Of a stretch of 21,164 bases of DNA, positions 20,700 through 21,164 are shown piece by piece; within the stretch, counting starts at the first letter, position 1; the number at the start of each line of letters is the position of its first letter. Under the pieces are notes generated by a model. The model made no database searches. It was given only the letters and a program-made list of their open reading frames with translations, and had not been told where the DNA came from. The stretch comes from Rhizaria sp. SCN 62-66 (lineage: Eukaryota): positions 62,001-83,164 of the forward strand of contig MEDY01000191.1 of the NCBI GenBank assembly GCA_001724265.1. The letters run 5' to 3'. The translations under genes and the position numbers were made by a program.

Positions 20700-21164
20700 A
20701 TGCGCTTCTCTACCCTCTTCATCGCCGCCACCGCTGTCGCGACCGCCGCCCTGGCCCCCGCCGCGGCCCAGGCCCACTCCACGGCCCTCGGCGCGCTGTG
20801 CTCCATCGCGCCGGGTCACGTGCTCTGCCTCGAGGCCGCGGCCATCGCCGAGCGCGACGCGGGCCTTAACATCGACCACGACGACGACGACTCGGGCTCG
20901 TGCTCCTGCTCTGTCGGCCACCGCCACGACGGCGTCAGCCGCGAGATCGGCTTCGGCAACGGCGGCCGCACCGCCAGTACGCTCCAGTACAAGGGCAGCA
21001 AGGGCATGCAGGGCTCCTACAAGGGCATGCAGGACTCCTTCAAGGGCGGCAAGGGTATGCAGGGTTCCTTCAAGGGCGGCAAGGGCATGCAGGGCTCCTT
21101 CAAGGGCGGCAAGGGCATGCAGGGCTCCTTCAAGGGCGGCGTCAAGGGCGTGAAGGGCCAGTTC
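20700..21164 (+). CDS. Secreted Gly/Lys-rich repeat protein (3' partial; absent from the ORF track because it runs off the window)
   Basis: ACCATG at 20700, open for 155 codons with strong C/G-ending codon bias: MRFSTLFIAATAVATAALAPAAAQAHST... (signal peptide, probable AQA cleavage site), four Cys, a DHDDDD patch, then KGGKGMQGSF repeats. Confidence 0.85.
   Translation, partial: MRFSTLFIAATAVATAALAPAAAQAHSTALGALCSIAPGHVLCLEAAAIAERDAGLNIDHDDDDSGSCSCSVGHRHDGVSREIGFGNGGRTASTLQYKGSKGMQGSYKGMQDSFKGGKGMQGSFKGGKGMQGSFKGGKGMQGSFKGGVKGVKGQF
20991..21140 (+). repeat. 30-bp coding tandem repeat (AAGGGCGGCAAGGGCATGCAGGGCTCCTTC, KGGKGMQGSF), about 5 imperfect units
   Basis: Directly visible; units differ by synonymous changes, a few replacements and one 9-nt shorter unit. 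Confidence 0.92.

Noticed and set aside
20991-21140. 30-bp repeats as a CRISPR array
   Set aside because: Head-to-tail units with no unique spacers, in frame within a eukaryotic CDS.
20530-21153. 207-aa ORF from the track
   Set aside because: Wrong frame: TTG start in a pyrimidine-rich leader and R/A/P-rich translation. The frame starting at ATG 20700 has a signal peptide and typical codon bias.

Overview
Gene-dense eukaryotic (protist-like) nuclear DNA: GC-rich exons full of homopolymeric amino-acid runs, mostly AT/pyrimidine-rich GT-AG introns of 164-428 nt, and short intergenic spacers. I can support seven protein genes: (1) TMEM245/AI-2E-like membrane protein (-); (2) three-exon DDT-WHIM chromatin protein with a polyQ tail (-); (3) membrane-anchored Raw-like/nucleoside deoxyribosyltransferase-like protein (+); (4) three-exon Costars/ABRACL (-); (5) three-exon chromodomain protein (+); (6) Ubc7/UBE2G-class E2 enzyme with a long N-terminal extension (-); (7) a secreted KGGKGMQGSF-repeat protein running off the right edge (+). 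The main observation is five in-frame TAG codons inside two otherwise intact genes, two of them within a CAG-encoded polyglutamine tract. The six complete gene models end in TGA (4) or TAA (2). This points to a non-standard nuclear genetic code with UAG as a sense codon, most likely Gln, and possibly with UAA still a stop. Family assignments are from motif recall, not database searches.
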